Below, in pieces: positions 40,577-51,041 of a DNA stretch of 64,000 nucleotides; the first letter of the stretch is position 1, and each line of letters begins with the position of its first letter. Where the stretch lies: contig CBDDBZ010000022.1 in NCBI GenBank assembly GCA_965225945.1, forward strand, positions 1-64,000, written 5' to 3'. The translations under genes and the position numbers were made by a program. A model generated the notes under the pieces. It was not told the origin of the DNA, searched no databases, and was given only the letters and a program-made list of their open reading frames with translations. The DNA is from Alphaproteobacteria bacterium. Its GTDB lineage: Bacteria; Pseudomonadota; Alphaproteobacteria; GCA-2731375.

Positions 40577-42172
40577 GTAACTGCCCAGGTAGCTGATTTC
40601 GATGAGGCTGCGGATTGGGTCTCTGGGGGCAGATTTTGTGGGTTTGGGGCGCTGACGGCCTAGATTTCGTTTGACATAGGGTGGTTGGTCGATTCTAAGG
40701 ATTCGATGGATAGGGATGTTCTTGCCTTTTTGTCGAAAGACGAGCTGATCGATGTGGTGCTGGCCCAAGGGTCGCGGCTCGCCGAGTTCGAACTCCGGCT
40801 TGGTGAACTCGAGCGCCGGCTTGGCCTGAACAGCACGAACAGCGGCAAGCCACCGTCGAGCGATGGATTGAACAAGCCACCGGCGGGTAAAAAGAAGCGC
40901 ACCAGGAGCCTCCGTAAGAAATCGGCCCGCAAGCCGGGCGGGCAAAAGGGCCACAAGGGCGAGACCCTGCGCCAAGTCGCCGATCCCGACGCCACCGTCG
41001 ACCATTATCCCGAGACGTGCCAGTGGTGTGGTTCGGGATTGACGCCGGATATGGCTACCGGCCATGGGGCCCGCCAGGTTTTCGATCTACCCGAGCCCCG
41101 GCCCCTGGTGGTCACGGAGCATCGGGCGCATCGCTGCCGTTGCGGGCATTGCGGCACGTACACTCGGGCTTCTTTTCCCGTCGCCATCACCGGCCCGGTT
41201 CAATACGGCGCTCGGATCGGAGCCATGGTGGTCTACCTGTCGCACTACCAACTCCTGCCCGAGGACCGCCTGGCTGAATTGATGAAGGATCTGTTCGGGG
41301 CGGAACTGTCTCCGGCGAGCCTCGCGCGGAGGGGCGGGAACAGCGCCGAGTCCGTCCAAGGCGTCGTCGATGTGATCCGCGAACTGGTGAAATCGGCGCC
41401 GGTCAAGCACATGGACGAGACCGGCTTGCGGATCGCCGGGCGGACCCAATGGTTGCACGTCGCCTCGACCGCGCGGTTGACCTTCTATCGGGTCTCGGAG
41501 CGACGCGGCAGCCTGCTCGGCGGAGTCGGCGGCATCGTCGTCCATGACCACTGGAAGCCGTACTTTACGATGGAGGGCGTACGGCACGCGCTGTGCAACG
41601 CCCATCACCTGCGCGAGTTGCAAGCCCTGATCGAGATCGAGAAGGAGGGCTGGGCACGCAAGATGCAGAGACTATTGCGCCGCGCCTGCCACGCGGTAAA
41701 TCTCGCCCGGGAGCGGGGCGTGGCGCTGAAACCAGGCCTCGTCGAGCGCTTCCGAGGGTGTTACGACGCGATCACGGCCGAGGGCATCGCCTTTCACGAG
41801 GCACAACCTCCTCTTGCGCCCAGATCGAGCAAGGCCAAGCGCCGGGGAAGCAAGCCGCGCCGCACCGGGCACAACCTTCTCCGGCGCCTTCAGACACACA
41901 AGGAAGACGCGCTGCGCTTCCTCATCAATTTCGCCGTGCCGTTCACCAACAATCAGGCCGAGCAGGACGGGCGCATGATGAAGGTCAAGCAGAAAATCTC
42001 CGGCGGCTTCCGCAGCCAGAAAGGCGCCGAAGACTTTGCCACCGTCCGCGGCTTCATCTCGACCGCCAGAAAACAGGGCTGGAACATCATCCAGGCGCTC
42101 ATGGAAAATCCCGAAACCCTGATCGAGCGTCTCCACGCCGCCTAAAAGGCCACCATGTACCTGGGCAGTTAC
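40577..42172 (+). mobile_element. IS66-family single-gene (ISBst12-like) element
   Basis: TIRs GTAACTGCCCAGGTA / TACCTGGGCAGTTAC; 8-bp target duplication TCTCTATC. Confidence 0.93.
40706..42145 (+). CDS. IS66 transposase
   Basis: NSTNSGKPPSSD, GGQKGHKG, Zn finger, HMDETG, VHD, CNAHHLRE, TNNQAEQ. Confidence 0.93.
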   Translation: MDRDVLAFLSKDELIDVVLAQGSRLAEFELRLGELERRLGLNSTNSGKPPSSDGLNKPPAGKKKRTRSLRKKSARKPGGQKGHKGETLRQVADPDATVDHYPETCQWCGSGLTPDMATGHGARQVFDLPEPRPLVVTEHRAHRCRCGHCGTYTRASFPVAITGPVQYGARIGAMVVYLSHYQLLPEDRLAELMKDLFGAELSPASLARRGGNSAESVQGVVDVIRELVKSAPVKHMDETGLRIAGRTQWLHVASTARLTFYRVSERRGSLLGGVGGIVVHDHWKPYFTMEGVRHALCNAHHLRELQALIEIEKEGWARKMQRLLRRACHAVNLARERGVALKPGLVERFRGCYDAITAEGIAFHEAQPPLAPRSSKAKRRGSKPRRTGHNLLRRLQTHKEDALRFLINFAVPFTNNQAEQDGRMMKVKQKISGGFRSQKGAEDFATVRGFISTARKQGWNIIQALMENPETLIERLHAA

Positions 42173-42979
42173 TCTCTATCTTCCCAAATCGCCCGGTACC
42201 CCCGGTGGTAATTCCGCCCCACGCGGCCCAAGTTGATGCCTATCGTAGAGGTGGTAGGAATTCTCCTCCAGCAGGATTGCCCGCTGGCCCAAATAATGCG
42301 GCGTGACCTCCCAGCGAACCATGACCTCTCCGTAGGACTGTGGTCCGGAACCATCCGGCGACAGCACGGCATAGACGATATGCTCGTCGAACATGGGAAA
42401 CAGCCGCGCCCTGACCATGTCACGATCACCGTGATCGCCAGGTCGCGCCGGAGGGCGTTCTCCGGCCGCGACCCGCTGATGATAGTTCCGATATTTGTCC
42501 ATACACAATACGAGGTCGCAGGCCTCGAATGGCATGGCGATCACGGGCCGCGACATTTCGGCAAGATTTTCCAGCGCGTCCAAAAGCCGTGTGACGCCCC
42601 GTGCCTCGCAATCCAACGTCGCCGCGTCATGGCGATCCCGCAACGCCACGCGCTCGTCCTCGGCCATCCTGCGATGCGGGAACCCGAGGAACTGTTCGCA
42701 GCGGCAACGCACTTGCCAATATTCAACGGGTTCATGGCAATTCGAGCATACATCCATCGCAGCGGCCGCCATATCGTCAACGAAATCGTGCGATGTCAAT
42801 CTAGCAGTGCAATCACCCACCTAACAATACGCAAGCATGGCAACCGTATTTGCGCCCAATTTCATTAGAGCACTTTCCGACCAGGTTGAATCGTTTGATG
42901 GGCCAAATCGGCCCCTGGGGCAGGCGCGCCGCGCCGCGCGATGTGGTTCATCGGGCAAGCGGCGCAACGCACCCCAGGG

Positions 42980-43135
42980 GCCGAGCGATGCGCCCATGCC
43001 GACGAGGCCGCCTTCCGCCTCGACAAGGAGCAATACGGCATCGGACTTCACCTTGGTGCCGATATCGGTGCGATGGCGCCGCTCCGGGGGAACGGGATCG
43101 GACATGGGGATGGCGCGTACCGCCGAAATTTTCAT
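42980..43135 (-). pseudogene. 5' fragment of a second mandelate-racemase-family gene
   Basis: MKISAVRAIPMSDPVPP... as in 32527-33696, cut off by the repeat at 42866-42980. Confidence 0.85.
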
Positions 43136-43389
43136 CGCTCAGCTCCCTTGCTCGAGGCGTCGCGGCCCACGGCGGCCTTGGTCCGGGCCGGCCCGGGCGT
43201 CACGCCGTCATCGAGCGCGCCAGGCGCGCCGACAAGGCCTGGGCCCACGTCCTGCACGGCTCGAACGGCTACCTGATGCTCGTGCGTTTGCTCCAGGGTC
43301 TCGGCTTCGGAATCATGCTCAGTTACGTCGGTTTCTTGGTCTCGTGAGCTCGCGGCGATGGCTCGAGGACCGGAATCAAGCCGCCAGCG

Positions 43390-43490
43390 TGTCAATCGAC
43401 GCCGAATTTTGCCCCCTATCGGCGTGCAAAATCGAGCCCCCTTCCCTGCGCTCGCTCGGAGGTTGTCCATAGGGGGACCCGCGCACGCCG
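43390..43490 (-). mobile_element. Orphan IS21 right-end remnant
   Basis: TGTCAATCGACGCCGAA..CCCCCTATCGGCGTGCAA resembles the reverse complement of 21860-21909. Confidence 0.75.
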
Positions 43491-44913
43491 TCTAGTGCCC
43501 ACCGACACGGAGCGGCGCGCGCTGGGGGCGGTGGTTCAGATAGCGGCGGAAGCGCTGATCGACGGCGGCCAGACGGTGACCTTCAGCTTCGACGTGATGG
43601 GCCGTCGTCTCTCCAAGACCGTGGACGGCGTCGCGAGCCTCAGAGAGTGGCGCCCACCTCGATGGTCGCCAGCATCCTGGCGAGGCAGTCGACCATCTCG
43701 TCGAGCGCATCGTCGTGATCGAAGTCGGTGATCCGCGGCCGCCGCGTGCCGCCTTCGCTGCTCACGTCACGGCACAGCTTGCCACTGTCCCAATCGGCAA
43801 ACACCGCATACTCCATCTTGCCGAGGCGGAAGCCGTACGCGTGATCGTTGTCATGCACCTTGATCTGCGGCGTCTCCCGCAGGATCTCCGAGATTCCCGC
43901 GGCATCGACCTTCTTGCGGAACGCGGCAAGATTCTGCCTGCCGAGGTCGAAGGTGGCGCTGCGCATATTTTCCTCGAACTCGGCCATCTCCGCCGCGATC
44001 TCCGCGGCGCGTCGCTTGATTGCCTCGGTGCGGTCATTCATCAGCCCCTCCCCCCCGTCCATCGACTCGGCCTGGCGGGCCTCTTCGCCCTTGCGAGCCT
44101 CTCCGGCCTTACGTGGCTTCTCGGCCTTGCGGGCCTCCTCGGCGAGGCGCTTCTCTTCGGCGAGCCGGGCCTCCGCGGCCTTGCGCGCTTCCTCGGCCTC
44201 GCGGGCCTCCTCGGCGAGGCGCTTCTATTCGGCGAGCCGGGCCTCCTCGGCCTCGCGCGCTTCCTCGGCGAGGCGCTTCTCTTCGGCGAGCCGGGCCTCC
44301 GCGGCCTTGCGCGCTTCCTCGGCCTCGCGGGCCTCCTCGGCGAGGCGCTTCTCTTCGGCGAGCCGGACCTCCTCGGCATTGCGGGCTTCCTCGCCCTTGC
44401 GAGCCTCTCTGGCCTTACGTGCCTTCTCGGCCTTGCGGGCCTCCTCGGCGAGGCGCTTCTCTTCGGCGAGCCGGGCCTCCGCGGCCTTGCGCGCTTCCTC
44501 GGCCTCGCGACGTTCCTCGGCGAGCTGTGCCTCCGGTTGCTGCCGAGCCGTGGCGGCGGCCCTTTATCTTTGAACCATCGCCGAAATGTTCTGTGATCGC
44601 GATCTGAGCTTCGTCGTCCACCATCGCGAAATAGGCCGCCACTTCCTGGCTTTCCTTATCGATTCGGACAATGATGGCCCGGCTGTCGAATATGATCGGC
44701 CCGGTCGGGAAACTCGCCGAAAACGTGATATCGACGCGGTCGGTTATGTCGCAGTCGATGACACAGGGTTTCAACATGAACGCACGGGAGGACCAATCGT
44801 TCAAGTTAAAGGCCTGCCCGTTGATTTCAACCATCCCGTGATCGACCTGCTCGCGCGGCTCTTGACGATCGACCTTCAGGCTCCTTTTTAAGCCCTTCAT
44901 GCGCTTAAATGAT

Positions 44914-45938
44914 GGCTCAATTCGTGAATTGTATGCATTAGTGATAGAGTGCCTGGAACGTCAGGAGGTTGGGTTATGGACGGCAAGGGTTTCCAGGTGT
45001 GGCTTTCGGCGGCGCGCGGGCTGACGCGCGCGCAGCGGCGCGAGGCGCTCGCGGTGCTGTCGGGCCGGAGCGAGGGCGAGGCATCGAAGGCCGCGATCGA
45101 GCTTGGTGTGGACGAGGCCCGGCGCTGTCCGCACTGCGCGAGCGAAGGGGCGGTTTCGCGCGGTATGGCGCGGGGTCTGCGGCGCTACCAGTGCAAGGGC
45201 TGCGGCAGGACCTTCAACGCGCTGAGCGGTACGCCGCTGTCGGGCTTGCACCACAAGGAACGCTGGCTGTCGTTCGGGGCGTCGCTGGCGAAGGGGGAGA
45301 CGGTGAAGGCCTCGGCGGCGCGCTGCGACGTGGCGGTGAGCACGGCGTTCCGCTGGCGTCACCGGTTTCTGGCGGCGGCGCGGAGCGATTCGGAGGTGCT
45401 CAAGGGGATCGTGGAAGCGGACGAGACCTACGTCCTGGAGAGCCGGAAGGGCGCGCGCGGGCTGGGGCGCAAGGCACGGCGGCGGGGCGGCAAGGCGAAG
45501 AAGCGCGGCCTCTCGCGCGAGCAGGTACCGGTTCTCATGGCGGCGGACCGGAGCGGAACGACGGTCAGCGCGGTGCTGCCCAGGGTCGATGCGGCGGCGC
45601 TCACGGCTGCCCTCGACCCGGTGGTCGCGAAGGACGCCCTGCTGGTCTCCGACGGCGGCGCGAGCTACCCACCGTGCGCCGCCGCGCTCGGGGTGAGCCA
45701 CGAAGCACTCAACCGCTCGATGGGGGAACGGGTTCGGGGCGATCTGCATGTGCAGACGGTGAACAGCCGCCACAGCCGGTTGAAGGACTTCCTGCGTCCC
45801 CGCCGCGGCATCGCCACCCGCTATCTGGACAACTACCTGAGCTGGTTCCACCTCGTCGGCCTCGCCCCCGGCGCCAATGACCGAGCCTGCCTCGCCGCCG
45901 CCGTAACAAGGTGACGCATACAATTCACGAATTGAGCC
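44914..45938 (+). mobile_element. IS1595-family element, copy B (intact)
   Basis: TIR GGCTCAATTCGTGAATTGTATGC; 8-bp target duplication TAAATGAT. Confidence 0.95.
44976..45914 (+). CDS. IS1595 transposase
   Basis: CPHC..CKGCGRTFN, VEADETY, VSDG, HVQTVN, YLDNYLSW. Confidence 0.93.
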   Translation: MDGKGFQVWLSAARGLTRAQRREALAVLSGRSEGEASKAAIELGVDEARRCPHCASEGAVSRGMARGLRRYQCKGCGRTFNALSGTPLSGLHHKERWLSFGASLAKGETVKASAARCDVAVSTAFRWRHRFLAAARSDSEVLKGIVEADETYVLESRKGARGLGRKARRRGGKAKKRGLSREQVPVLMAADRSGTTVSAVLPRVDAAALTAALDPVVAKDALLVSDGGASYPPCAAALGVSHEALNRSMGERVRGDLHVQTVNSRHSRLKDFLRPRRGIATRYLDNYLSWFHLVGLAPGANDRACLAAAVTR

Positions 45939-46384
45939 TAAATGATAATAGCATCGTCCTCCCCCCTGCAGCTCCAGAAGGCGATCGCCCGGGGTCGCGC
46001 GAGGCGGATGCCCGGCAACTCCGGAGAGGCCCCGGGTGGACGCTGGCGCCCGCCCGCGTCGCGCACTCGCTGCGCGGCGGCCCTTCCCCGCCACCGGCGG
46101 GATCGCATTCCCCCCTGGGCCCGCACGCCGGCTGGCTTGTCATCGCGCGCCTGCCGGGGCCTTTGGGGTGGGTGGGTTACCTGGGATTCCCCCAGATAGC
46201 TCCCCACGGTTGCCGACGATGGTAGCATAAAGGACGTCGCAACCACAATTGCCGTTGTGAGCCGGGTGATGCGCGTCCGTCTCGGCGGATCGGCGACCCT
46301 CACGGAGCCGTTCCCCGAGAGACCAAAAGGACATGCCTCGCCGCACTCACCGGCCCAGAAGCGCACGACTTGGCGCTCGACTAC

Positions 46385-46520
46385 GGGCAAAAGCAAGATC
46401 ACCGGAATGGCGGGCGCGCGCCCTGGCGGGCCTTGGCGATGCTGAATACTTCAAAGGTCGCAGGCTCGAGGCTGACGGGTTCTTCAACCGCTGCATCGAC
46501 CTCTGCCGCGAGCACGGCGA
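46385..46520 (+). pseudogene. Fragment of a TPR segment like those in AAA/adenylate-cyclase regulators
   Basis: KARSPEWRARALAGLGDAEYFKGRRLEADGFFNRCIDLCREHG; no start and no continuation. Confidence 0.4.
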
Positions 46521-48148
46521 CGCGGCGCCGTTCGCCGAGACCCCGAGCGCGCGGTCGAGCGCGGCGCGTGAGGCGTTGTCCGCTACGGAGCGGGACAACG
46601 TTGGCGTCGCGAGCCTCGGAGAGTGCCGCCACCTCGATGGTCGCCAGCATCCTGGCGAGGCACTCGACCATCTCGTCGAGCGCGTCGTCGTGATCAAAGT
46701 CGGTGATCCGCGGCCGCCGCGTGCCGCCTTCGCTGCTCACGTCACGGCACAGCTTGCCACTGTCCCAATCGGTAAACACCGCATACTCCATCTTGCCAAG
46801 GCGGAAACCGTATGCGTGATCGTGATCATGCACCTCGATCTGCGGCGTCTCCCGCAGGATCTCGGAGATTCCCGCGGCATCGACCTTTTTGCGGAACGCG
46901 CCAAGATTTCGCATACCGAGGTCGAAGATGGCGGTGCGCATAGTTTCCTCGAACTCGGCCATCTCCGCCGCGATCTCGGCAGCGCGTCGTTTGATCGCCT
47001 CGGTGCGGTCATTGATCGGTTCCCCACCGACGTCGATCGGGTCGGCCTCGCGCGCTTCCTCGGCCCTGCGCTTCTCTCCAGCGAGGCGCGCTACCTCGGC
47101 CTCGCGTGCCTTCTCGGCCTTGCGCTTCTGTTCGGCGAGCCGGACCTCCTCGGTCTTGCGCTTCTGTTCGGCGAGCCGAACCTTCTCGGTCTTGCGCTTC
47201 TGTTCGGCGAGGCGCGCTTCTCGACCTTGCGCTTCTGTTCGGCGAGGCGCGCTTCCTCGGCCTTGCGCTTCGCTTCAGCGAGGCGCGCTTCCTCGACCTT
47301 GCGCTTCTGTTCGGCGAGGCGCGCTTCCTCGGCCTTGCGCTTCGCTTCAGCGAGGCGCGCTTCCTCGGCCCTGCGCTTCTCTCCAGCGAGGCGCGCTACC
47401 TCGGCCTCGCGTGCCTTCTCGGCCTTGCGCTTCTGTTCGGCGAGCCGGACCTCCTCGGTCTTGCGCTTCTGTTCGGCGAGAGCTTTACGCAGGAAAATGG
47501 GTGCACACTACATATAGTGGGTCTGGGTGCCGAACCTTCTCGGTCTTGCGCTTCTGTTCGGCGAGGCGCGCTTCCTCGACCTTGCGCTTCTGTTCGGCGA
47601 GGCGCGCTTCCTCGGCCTTGCGCTTCGCTTCAGCGAGGCGCGCTTCCTCGGCCCTGCGCTTCATCTTCTTCGGCGAGGCGCGCTTCCTCGACCTTGCGCT
47701 TCTGTTCGGCGAGGCGCGCTTCCTCGACCTTGCGCTTCTCTTCGGCGAGCCGGGCCACCTCGGCCTCGCGGGCTTCCTCTACGAGCCGTGCCCTCGCGGC
47801 GATCCTTTGCTTTGAATCATCGCCGAAATGCTCTGTGATCGCGATCTCGGCCTCGTCGTCCAGCATCGCGAAATTGGCCGCCAGTTCCTGGTTTTTCTTA
47901 TCGATTCGGACAACGATGCCCTGGCAGTCGAATTTGATCGGCCCACTCGGGAGGTGCGCCGAAAACTTGATATCGACGCGGTCGTTTATCTCGCAGTCGA
48001 TGACACAGGGTTTCGCCATGAACGCGCGGGCGGACCAATCGGTCACGTAAAAGGCCTGGCCATTGATTTCAACTATGCCGTTCCAGATTTCCTCGCGTTC
48101 CTCTCGGCGCTTGGCAAAGCGCTTCTTGCGCTTAAAGGATTTCAGCAT
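46399..48148 (-). pseudogene. PilZ-like + coiled coil + C-terminal domain protein, paralog 2
   Basis: RREER and DWSARA motifs, EEARLAEQKRK repeats, CTD nearly identical to paralog 1. Frame break near 47660 and a 49-bp insert at 47481-47529; true 3' end uncertain. Confidence 0.75.
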
Positions 48149-48668
48149 CGTCATCTCTTGCTCCAGCTCCAGAAGGCGGATCGCCGACACAATTCCGGCA
48201 CCCTGTGGTCCCTCCCAGCCGCTCGCGAGCCGATGGCCCGAAAGAGGCATTACTCGTGCCCAACAGGATTCTTCAACCCCGTCGTTCGGAGATATTTAAC
48301 ATGGACCGGTCTGCCCTACATCACCCGTTTGAGCATAAAGTTGGATAAGTGATAAATTTGACATTCCCATGCTTCGAGGGACTAGAGGGACTTCAGGGGC
48401 TCTCCCGTGACATCATGCGCCTCGGCTTCCGCCGTGTGTGGCGGCCCGTCTCGCAGGGATGGCGTCGTCTTGGAGCGTGGGGGGATGTCCCTTGCGTCCT
48501 TTATGACACAGCTGCATCTGCACGGCTTTACTGTAACTACCTCATGTCCCGCTCCGGTTTGGCTTCACGCAGGAACGATTGAATCGCTTGGCCGCAACTG
48601 ATGGTGTGGGATTCCCATGGGGGTGTTTAGTCTATATGTTGAGGGGTTGATTGACGAAGACGCAATAA

Positions 48669-50008
48669 GCTTGTGTAGCGTGAGGTCTGGAAATTTGGCT
48701 TCGCCCCGCGCCGGGGTATACCCCGGCGCGGGGCGATCCGTCATTTTGGTTATCCATGAAAGCGTCCAAACAAACATGGAGAACCAGTATGCGGAAAGAC
48801 CAGGATAGCGCTGTCGAGGCTTTGGTGGAACAATTGATCGAAGGCGGTAGCGAGAACATGGCGACGGTCTTCGCCGGCCTTTTCAATCTCGCCATGCGGA
48901 TCGAGCGGGAGAGGTTCTTGGGCGCCGGCCACTATGAGCGCACGCCCGAGCGGCGGGGATACGCCAACGGCACCAGACCCAAGAAGATCGACACCCCGGC
49001 CGGTACGGTGAGGCTCGAGGTTCCCAAGACCGCCGGTCATGAGGCGCCTTTTTACCCCCAAGCCCTGGAGCGCGGACGGCGCTCCTGCCGCGCTGTCATG
49101 CTGGCCGTGGCGGAGATGTATATCAAAGGCGTCTCCACCCGTGACGCCGAGGCGGTGATGCGCGAGTTCGGCCTGGAGAGCCTGTCGTCGAGCCAGGTCA
49201 GCCGCGCCGCCAAGCTCTTGGATGGGGAGCTGGATGCCTGGCGCAACCGGCCGCTGGGCGAGATCCGCTACCTGCTCCTCGACGCGCGCTATGAGAAAGT
49301 CCGAGAGGGTGGCGTGGTGCGCGACGCCGCCGTGCTCTCGGTGATCGGCATCGGCCCCGACCAGCGCCGCCGGGTGCTCGGTGTTTCCTGTGCGCTCTCC
49401 GAGGCCGAAGTGCACTGGCGCGCCTTCCTGGAGACCCTGGTTGCCGGTGGCATGCGCGGTGTCGCCTATATCGTTTCCGATGATCATCCAGGCCTCGGCG
49501 CCGCGCGCAAGGCCGTCCTCGGCGGCGCCGTCTGGCAGCGCTGTCAGTACCATCTGGCTCAAAACGCCATCCATCACGCCCCCAACCTCGCCATCCGAAA
49601 GGCCATCGGCAAGGAGCTGCGCCGGGTCTGGAACGCCGCCGACGGCAAGGCCGCCGAGGCCGAGCTGGGCCATCTGGTGGCGGCCTACCGCGACAGCGCC
49701 CCCAAGCTCGCCGATTGGCTGGAGACGGCGATCCCCGAGGGCCTCGCCGTCTTCGCCCTGCCCGAGCGCCACCAAAAGCGCATGCGAACCTCGAACCCCA
49801 TGGAGCGATCCATCCAGCAGGAGATCAAGCGCCGCACCGTAAAGGTCAGGGTCTTTCCCAACGAGGCCTCGCTCGAACGTCTGGTCACCGCCATCCTCGT
49901 CGAAATCGACGAGAAATGGGAAACCACCGAAAAACCCTACATCACTTGGAAAGCAGAGGATGACTGATCAACGGCGTTCCGAATTTCCACACATCAGGTT
50001 GCTCAATC
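48669..50008 (+). mobile_element. IS256-family insertion sequence
   Basis: Imperfect TIRs ending TGGAAATT; 8-bp target duplication CGCAATAA. Confidence 0.92.
48789..49967 (+). CDS. IS256 transposase
   Basis: EMYIKGVSTR, LLDARYEKVR, VSDDHPGL, QRCQYH, RTSNPMER..EIKRR. Confidence 0.95.
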   Translation: MRKDQDSAVEALVEQLIEGGSENMATVFAGLFNLAMRIERERFLGAGHYERTPERRGYANGTRPKKIDTPAGTVRLEVPKTAGHEAPFYPQALERGRRSCRAVMLAVAEMYIKGVSTRDAEAVMREFGLESLSSSQVSRAAKLLDGELDAWRNRPLGEIRYLLLDARYEKVREGGVVRDAAVLSVIGIGPDQRRRVLGVSCALSEAEVHWRAFLETLVAGGMRGVAYIVSDDHPGLGAARKAVLGGAVWQRCQYHLAQNAIHHAPNLAIRKAIGKELRRVWNAADGKAAEAELGHLVAAYRDSAPKLADWLETAIPEGLAVFALPERHQKRMRTSNPMERSIQQEIKRRTVKVRVFPNEASLERLVTAILVEIDEKWETTEKPYITWKAEDD

Positions 50009-50496
50009 CGCAATAACTAGACGTATTGAAGCCGTTCGTGGTCAGTTTGATGAGCTTGTGTGGAAGCTGGAACTGCAGAAAGTCACCGCTGCACAGATGG
50101 CCAGCCTGAACATCCAAGGACGTGATTTCCAGCCAGAATGGATTTACACCATCTCACCGAGAAACCAACACTGAAGCAGTCGTTCTTGCGCAGCTCCTTA
50201 ATACAGGGAGGCCCTGAATGTTCCTGTTTTATTCGCACGATGGAGTTAGGCTTGGCGCATATGGGCTGGAGCTTGTGGAGGGCTGTGCGAGGCGCGGGAG
50301 GTTGGCGTTTCAAGGACACTACGGATCGGAGGCGGGCAGCATCGAGGCGCTGGTCCGGCCGCGCTGGCCGCAAGGCCATGTCCGCACCCGCTTGCGCAAA
50401 TGGTTCCTGGCGCCATGGTGGATGGCGCGCGACGAGATCGCGTGGCTGATGGCCCACAATTCGCACCAAGCGTGACGCTGGCGCGTCGCGCGGCAC

Positions 50497-51041
50497 CTAG
50501 AACGGAATTTCGTCGTCCAGATCGCCGCCGCTCGGGCCAGCGCCGCCGAAGTCGCCGCCGCCACCACCGGGCGGCCGCCGCCGCCCCGGTCGTCTTGGCC
50601 GCCGCCGCCCCGGTCGTCTTGGCCGCCGCCGCCCCGGTCGTCTTGGCCGCCGCCGCCATAGTCGTCTTGGCCGCCCTCGCCGCCACCGGCCCGGCTGTCG
50701 AGCATCGTCAGCTCGCCCCGGTAGCGCTGCAGGACGATCTCCGTGGTGTAGCGGTCCTGGCCCGATTGGTCGGTCCACTTGCGGCTCTGGAGCGCGCCCT
50801 CGATATAGATCTTGGAGCCCTTGCGCAGATATTGTTGCGCAATGCGGCCGAGATTCTCGTTGAAGACCACGACGCGATGCCACTCCGTCTTCTCGCGCCG
50901 CTCGCCGGTCTGCTTATCCTTCCAGCTCTCCGACGTCGCCATGCTCAGATGGACGATCGGATCGCCGTTCTGGGTGTGCCGGACCTCGGGATCGCGCCCG
51001 AGATTGCCCACCAAAATGACCTTGTTGACGCTGCCCGCCAT
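50497..51041 (-). CDS. ssb: Single-stranded DNA-binding protein (apparent 1-bp frameshift near 50570, likely a sequence error)
   Basis: [26 protein letters not shown]; acidic tail DLDDEIPF is in the adjacent frame. Confidence 0.93.
50575..50675 (-). repeat. 24-bp tandem repeat (GGGGQDDR) in the SSB linker
   Basis: GCCGCCGCCCCGGTCGTCTTGGCC x3 plus one variant. Confidence 0.85.

Larger units (their letters stand above)
40304..42772 (-). pseudogene. Zn-ribbon + DUF3626-like protein (~287 aa reconstructed), split by IS66, plus a +1 G near 42200
   Basis: Join GYRAIWEDRE/KLVAAKL after removing 40577-42172 and one target copy; motifs CSNC..C.C..GFP, YAVLS..G...YG, EENS, DDFVEV.IY. Confidence 0.7.
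43640..45955 (-). pseudogene. PilZ-like + EEARLAEE coiled coil + C-terminal domain protein, paralog 1
   Basis: RQEPR and DWSSRA motifs, charged repeats, CTD (GISEILRETPQIKVHD). IS1595 sits in the first codons; frameshift near 44565. Confidence 0.75.
48617..50174 (+). pseudogene. Small low-GC hypothetical gene (~69 aa) split by IS256
   Basis: Join gives MGVFSLYVEGLIDEDAI/TRRIEAVRGQFDELVWKLE...NQH*. Confidence 0.45.

Noticed and set aside
46200-46380. RLGGS..EPFPERPKG fragment resembling a mobile-element hypothetical protein
   Set aside because: Short and degraded; cannot be supported without a search.
44060-47770. Repetitive tracts as a CRISPR array
   Set aside because: The units are codon-phased coiled-coil repeats without unique spacers, and there are no cas genes.
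50497-50600. Real loss of the SSB acidic tail
   Set aside because: DLDDEIPF is intact in the adjacent frame after a short C run and is normally essential, so a sequencing error is more likely.
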